DNA of 64,000 bases, taken from the NCBI GenBank assembly GCA_963614595.1, contig CAVECL010000002.1, positions 5,689 to 69,688 of the forward strand, written 5' to 3'. The notes under the pieces were generated by a model. The model was not told where the DNA came from and did no database searches. It worked only from the letters and a program-made list of their open reading frames with translations. Of the stretch, positions 57,036-64,000 are shown piece after piece; position 1 is the first letter of the stretch, and every line of letters starts with the position of its first letter. This stretch comes from Parasutterella excrementihominis. Lineage in GTDB: Bacteria > Bacillota_I > Bacilli_A > RFN20 > CAG-826. Both the position numbers and the translations under genes were made by a program.

Positions 57036-57577
57036 GAAAACAACGCACCCAAACCCAAGTCATTCAGTGGAAAGAGAACAAAGTCCCCACCTCCATTCGC
57101 GTGGGGAGGGTTTTGCTCATCATTGGCGGCATTCTTTTCATCATTAACTCAATCAACTCTTTGGCTTATTGGGGAATCTGCTTTGGATTTCATTGGCTTC
57201 CTGAAAGCGCGATGAGTCAAGAGACCTTCACGGAACTAAAAACGCTCTTCCCTGAACTTGCTTTCTGGATCAGGCCCATCGATCTCATCAATGTGATCTC
57301 AGACGCCTTCAATCCGATTCTTTACGTTTTGAAATTCCTGGCTGCCCTTGGCGCGTTTGCCTACGTGAAAGATAAGGGCGGCCATTTCATCGACTGGGTC
57401 GCTTGGGCGGCTATCATCGGGCTCGGAATATCGGTTTTCGACTTCGCCGCAAACGTCCGCGCGCTCTTTCAAAGCAATTTCGATTGGAAAACGTTCGGTC
57501 TTAATTTCTTCTCCATGCAATTCGATATTCTGATTTATTCTATCGGGTGGTTCTTGGCAAAGAATTGGCTTGATTAA
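57032..57577 (+). CDS. Four-TM membrane protein, unknown
   Basis: Hydrophobic helices, translationally coupled to the upstream small ORF. Confidence 0.55.
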   Translation: MRKQRTQTQVIQWKENKVPTSIRVGRVLLIIGGILFIINSINSLAYWGICFGFHWLPESAMSQETFTELKTLFPELAFWIRPIDLINVISDAFNPILYVLKFLAALGAFAYVKDKGGHFIDWVAWAAIIGLGISVFDFAANVRALFQSNFDWKTFGLNFFSMQFDILIYSIGWFLAKNWLD

Positions 57578-58266
57578 TCTTGGCTCGGCGGCGTCGGGTT
57601 TTTCTGAGTGTATTTGATGTCTTCTTCCGCTTTGAAGTCTTTTAGGGATTTTGAGTAAATGGTTTTCGCGCGGTGCTGAATCATCACGAAGCGGGAAATC
57701 CAGGCCTGGCAAAGATAGGCATACCAAATCCAAGAGACGTAGAAAAGCGCCACTTCGATATAAGCGGGCAGATGCTCTAAAACAAAAGTCGGTTTATGGG
57801 TGACCGCAGGGAAACGGGCGAGCATTGAGACGCCAAACACTTTTACGATGAGGGGATCATCGCGATAGACTTCCGCGCCCGCGTTCCATTCGTAATGGAA
57901 AAACAGCTCCGAGAACTGGGCGAAGATATTATCTTTCCACGTGTCGAATCCCAAAGAGCAGAACACCCAAATAAGCAAGGCAACCACGGAAATCGCAAAG
58001 GGAATCAATGTTTGCTTATAAAGCAAGCGATTGCTTTTGCGCATGGCTAAGCTTTTGAAAGCCTTAGGGGAATCCACGACATGGGTTCTTGCCGCATCGG
58101 ACATAATCGTGTCTACTTTCTCCGCTTGGTGAACCATGGTTTTGTGGATGGCAATGCCCAAGAAGCCAAGCAATAAGAAAAGCACGAAAAGGATGACAAT
58201 CAGGATGATAAGGAGCCTTCTGTCTGAGTCGCTCATGGAAACGGAGACGAGGAAAAGATTATTCAT
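57574..58266 (-). CDS. Membrane protein, unknown (3-4 TM)
   Basis: N-terminal TM LLIILIVILFVLFLLLGFLGIAI plus further helices. 8-nt overlap with the upstream gene. Confidence 0.55.
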   Translation of the reverse strand: MNNLFLVSVSMSDSDRRLLIILIVILFVLFLLLGFLGIAIHKTMVHQAEKVDTIMSDAARTHVVDSPKAFKSLAMRKSNRLLYKQTLIPFAISVVALLIWVFCSLGFDTWKDNIFAQFSELFFHYEWNAGAEVYRDDPLIVKVFGVSMLARFPAVTHKPTFVLEHLPAYIEVALFYVSWIWYAYLCQAWISRFVMIQHRAKTIYSKSLKDFKAEEDIKYTQKNPTPPSQD

Positions 58267-58810
58267 GTTCTGCCTCCTCCGCTTGCTCAGCTGGCGCTTC
58301 TATGGTTTCATTTTGGGACTGCATAGGGATTTGTCCAGGAAAGCTCGCTTCTGAAAAAGATCCGGCTTCTCCGGGGATCTTATCCGCGGCGAAAGGCACA
58401 AAAGATGGGTTCGGCTGCGGAATCTGTCCAGCTTGGAAAGGCATCCCCTGCTGCTGTATTCCTTGAGGATTCTGGAAAGGCATCCCCTGCTGGCCCATAG
58501 GGCCCATTGCGCCCGGGGTTGTGTTGTAATAGACCTGCTGAACATAGATGTTGTTTGGCTGAGGGGCAGGCTGGGGTTGCTCTTTTGCCTGGGCGAGATT
58601 CAACGCTTCCTGTTTTCTCTTATAGGCTTCTTCATCCTCTTCGAAAACGGGGAAGCACTTCTTGCCGGAGAAGAAATTCACCATCATGATGATGAACTCG
58701 ACGATGAAGTCCAAAACGCCGAAAACGGCGACCAAAGCAATCAATATCAAAAGAAGAGGCGAACAAATCGCGAAGATGATGCCGATGCCAAATTCTTTGA
58801 GGAACTTCAT
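58259..58810 (-). CDS. Membrane-anchored protein with a Pro/Gln/Met-rich repetitive tail
   Basis: Two N-terminal TM helices, then a low-complexity tail containing the duplicated QQGMPFQ. Confidence 0.55.
   Translation of the reverse strand: MKFLKEFGIGIIFAICSPLLLILIALVAVFGVLDFIVEFIIMMVNFFSGKKCFPVFEEDEEAYKRKQEALNLAQAKEQPQPAPQPNNIYVQQVYYNTTPGAMGPMGQQGMPFQNPQGIQQQGMPFQAGQIPQPNPSFVPFAADKIPGEAGSFSEASFPGQIPMQSQNETIEAPAEQAEEAEHE
58434..58492. repeat. Perfect 20-bp direct repeat (TGGAAAGGCATCCCCTGCTG) with a 39-bp period inside the coding sequence
   Basis: Copies at 58434-58453 and 58473-58492. They encode the duplicated QQGMPFQ on the minus strand. Confidence 0.9.
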
Positions 58811-58831
58811 TTTTTCGCTCCGCTTTCCATT

Positions 58832-59734
58832 TTAGTTTGACTTGCCCTTCAATCCTAGAAAAACATCGGGCAAAGAGGACAATGCAAAGCTTAATGGGAA
58901 GGCGATAAAAGTGAGGATGGCCGTGCTGATAGAGACAATCTGAAAGAAGTAAGCAATCAATAAGATTGAGCCGAAAATGGTTAACCCTAGAAGCATGTAT
59001 AAAGACCAATGGGGCTTTGGAAAACGCGACGCCAGCCCTGCAAGAGCCCAGTAAAAAGCGCATCCAAGAAAAAAATAAGCCAGTTTTGCGTAGATAAAGA
59101 TGAACAAAACGCAAAATAAGCTGGAAACGATGGCGATGATTGGATACCAGATTTCTGTTTTTTCCTTGTCTGCAAACACGATGCCGATATGGGGCGCCTG
59201 CAAAGAGAAAAACAGATGAGACAGCCCCGTGACGGCAAAAGAGTAGGCAAGGGCAAACAGAGCGAAACTGTTATATAGGAGTTCGGATGATTTGAGGTTC
59301 AATAGGGAGCGAATGATTTCTCTCATGTCCACTTCGTAGATTGCTTTGACGAGCAATAACGAAAGCCAGAAAAAAGAATATTGGATCATCGCGACAACGA
59401 AGTTCGTTACGACGACATTCGTCTCGTGACGCAGAAAAAACCCATATGCGGTTCCAGAACACAAGGCGGGAAGCAAATAGAAAAGCGTGTTTTCAAAATT
59501 CCAGGCTGAAATGGCGATGGAAACCCCTAAAGCACCGAAAAGATAGACTGCGTAGTATCTCTTTTGACAAAAGTAGCCGATCAAAGCAGAAAGCAGTGGC
59601 GCGACGAGCATCAAGAAAAAAGCCGATAAAGGCAGCAAGGCGCTGACTAAAGACAAAATTCCGTCGAATCCGGCGATGATGGCGCAGAAAGCAAGATTCT
59701 GAACCGGCGTTTCCTTTTTCGCGAAAACCTTCAT
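58832..59734 (-). CDS. Polytopic membrane protein (about 8 TM), unknown
   Basis: A continuous series of hydrophobic helices. It is the first gene of a three-gene minus-strand unit. Confidence 0.6.
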   Translation of the reverse strand: MKVFAKKETPVQNLAFCAIIAGFDGILSLVSALLPLSAFFLMLVAPLLSALIGYFCQKRYYAVYLFGALGVSIAISAWNFENTLFYLLPALCSGTAYGFFLRHETNVVVTNFVVAMIQYSFFWLSLLLVKAIYEVDMREIIRSLLNLKSSELLYNSFALFALAYSFAVTGLSHLFFSLQAPHIGIVFADKEKTEIWYPIIAIVSSLFCVLFIFIYAKLAYFFLGCAFYWALAGLASRFPKPHWSLYMLLGLTIFGSILLIAYFFQIVSISTAILTFIAFPLSFALSSLPDVFLGLKGKSN

Positions 59735-59865
59735 TGGCGATATTTTACTAACGCCATGGGCTTTTAAGAAAGTTTTTCACATGGCGAAACAAGTTTTCCA
59801 CATCTTTCGCTTTTCCTAGGTCTCTTTATTCATAAAGAGCCTTCCCGAGTCTAAAATAGGGAGGT

Positions 59866-64000
<4,135 letters not shown>

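Overview
This is a compact, roughly 90% coding chromosomal segment with no rRNA, tRNA, CRISPR array, transposase or integrase that I could see. TGA is used as a stop codon, so the genetic code is 11 rather than 4. There are many lipobox lipoproteins, and genes are packed tightly with frequent start/stop overlaps. Together these suggest a reduced, host-associated Bacillota or Mollicutes-like (RF39/Erysipelotrichia-type) genome; that placement is inference only.

Housekeeping backbone:
- fucI, tex, ung
- thiN, a TPP riboswitch, then thiT
- tsaE, a tsaB::rimI fusion, then tsaD
- asnS, pcrA, and ligA (open at the window's 3' end)
- fakB/fakA, and M13 and M18 peptidases

Accessory content:
1. A glycan-foraging set: a Cthe_2159-type beta-helix lipoprotein, a GHL6-like hydrolase and a DUF4838 protein.
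2. A three-gene surface lipoprotein operon that includes an M6-like zinc metalloprotease.
3. A mosaic Wzx/Wzy-type polysaccharide locus with a TupA-like ATP-grasp enzyme and an orphan ABC ATPase.
4. Two GGDEF cyclases.
5. A block of uncharacterised membrane proteins between asnS and pcrA.
6. The most interesting gene: a stand-alone 1011-aa protein at 12380-15415. It combines an unrecognisable ~330-aa N-terminal region, an Upf1/Dna2-like SF1 helicase core and a C-terminal Vsr/DUF559/DUF2726-like endonuclease fold. I flag it as a candidate single-gene nuclease-helicase immunity module.

A decayed HTH/AAA-ATPase module near the 5' end is bracketed by 11-bp-phased GGAAA repeats, and the exact 11-mer recurs upstream of the lipoprotein operon. 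All functional calls rest on my recognition of motifs in the supplied translations. No database search was run.
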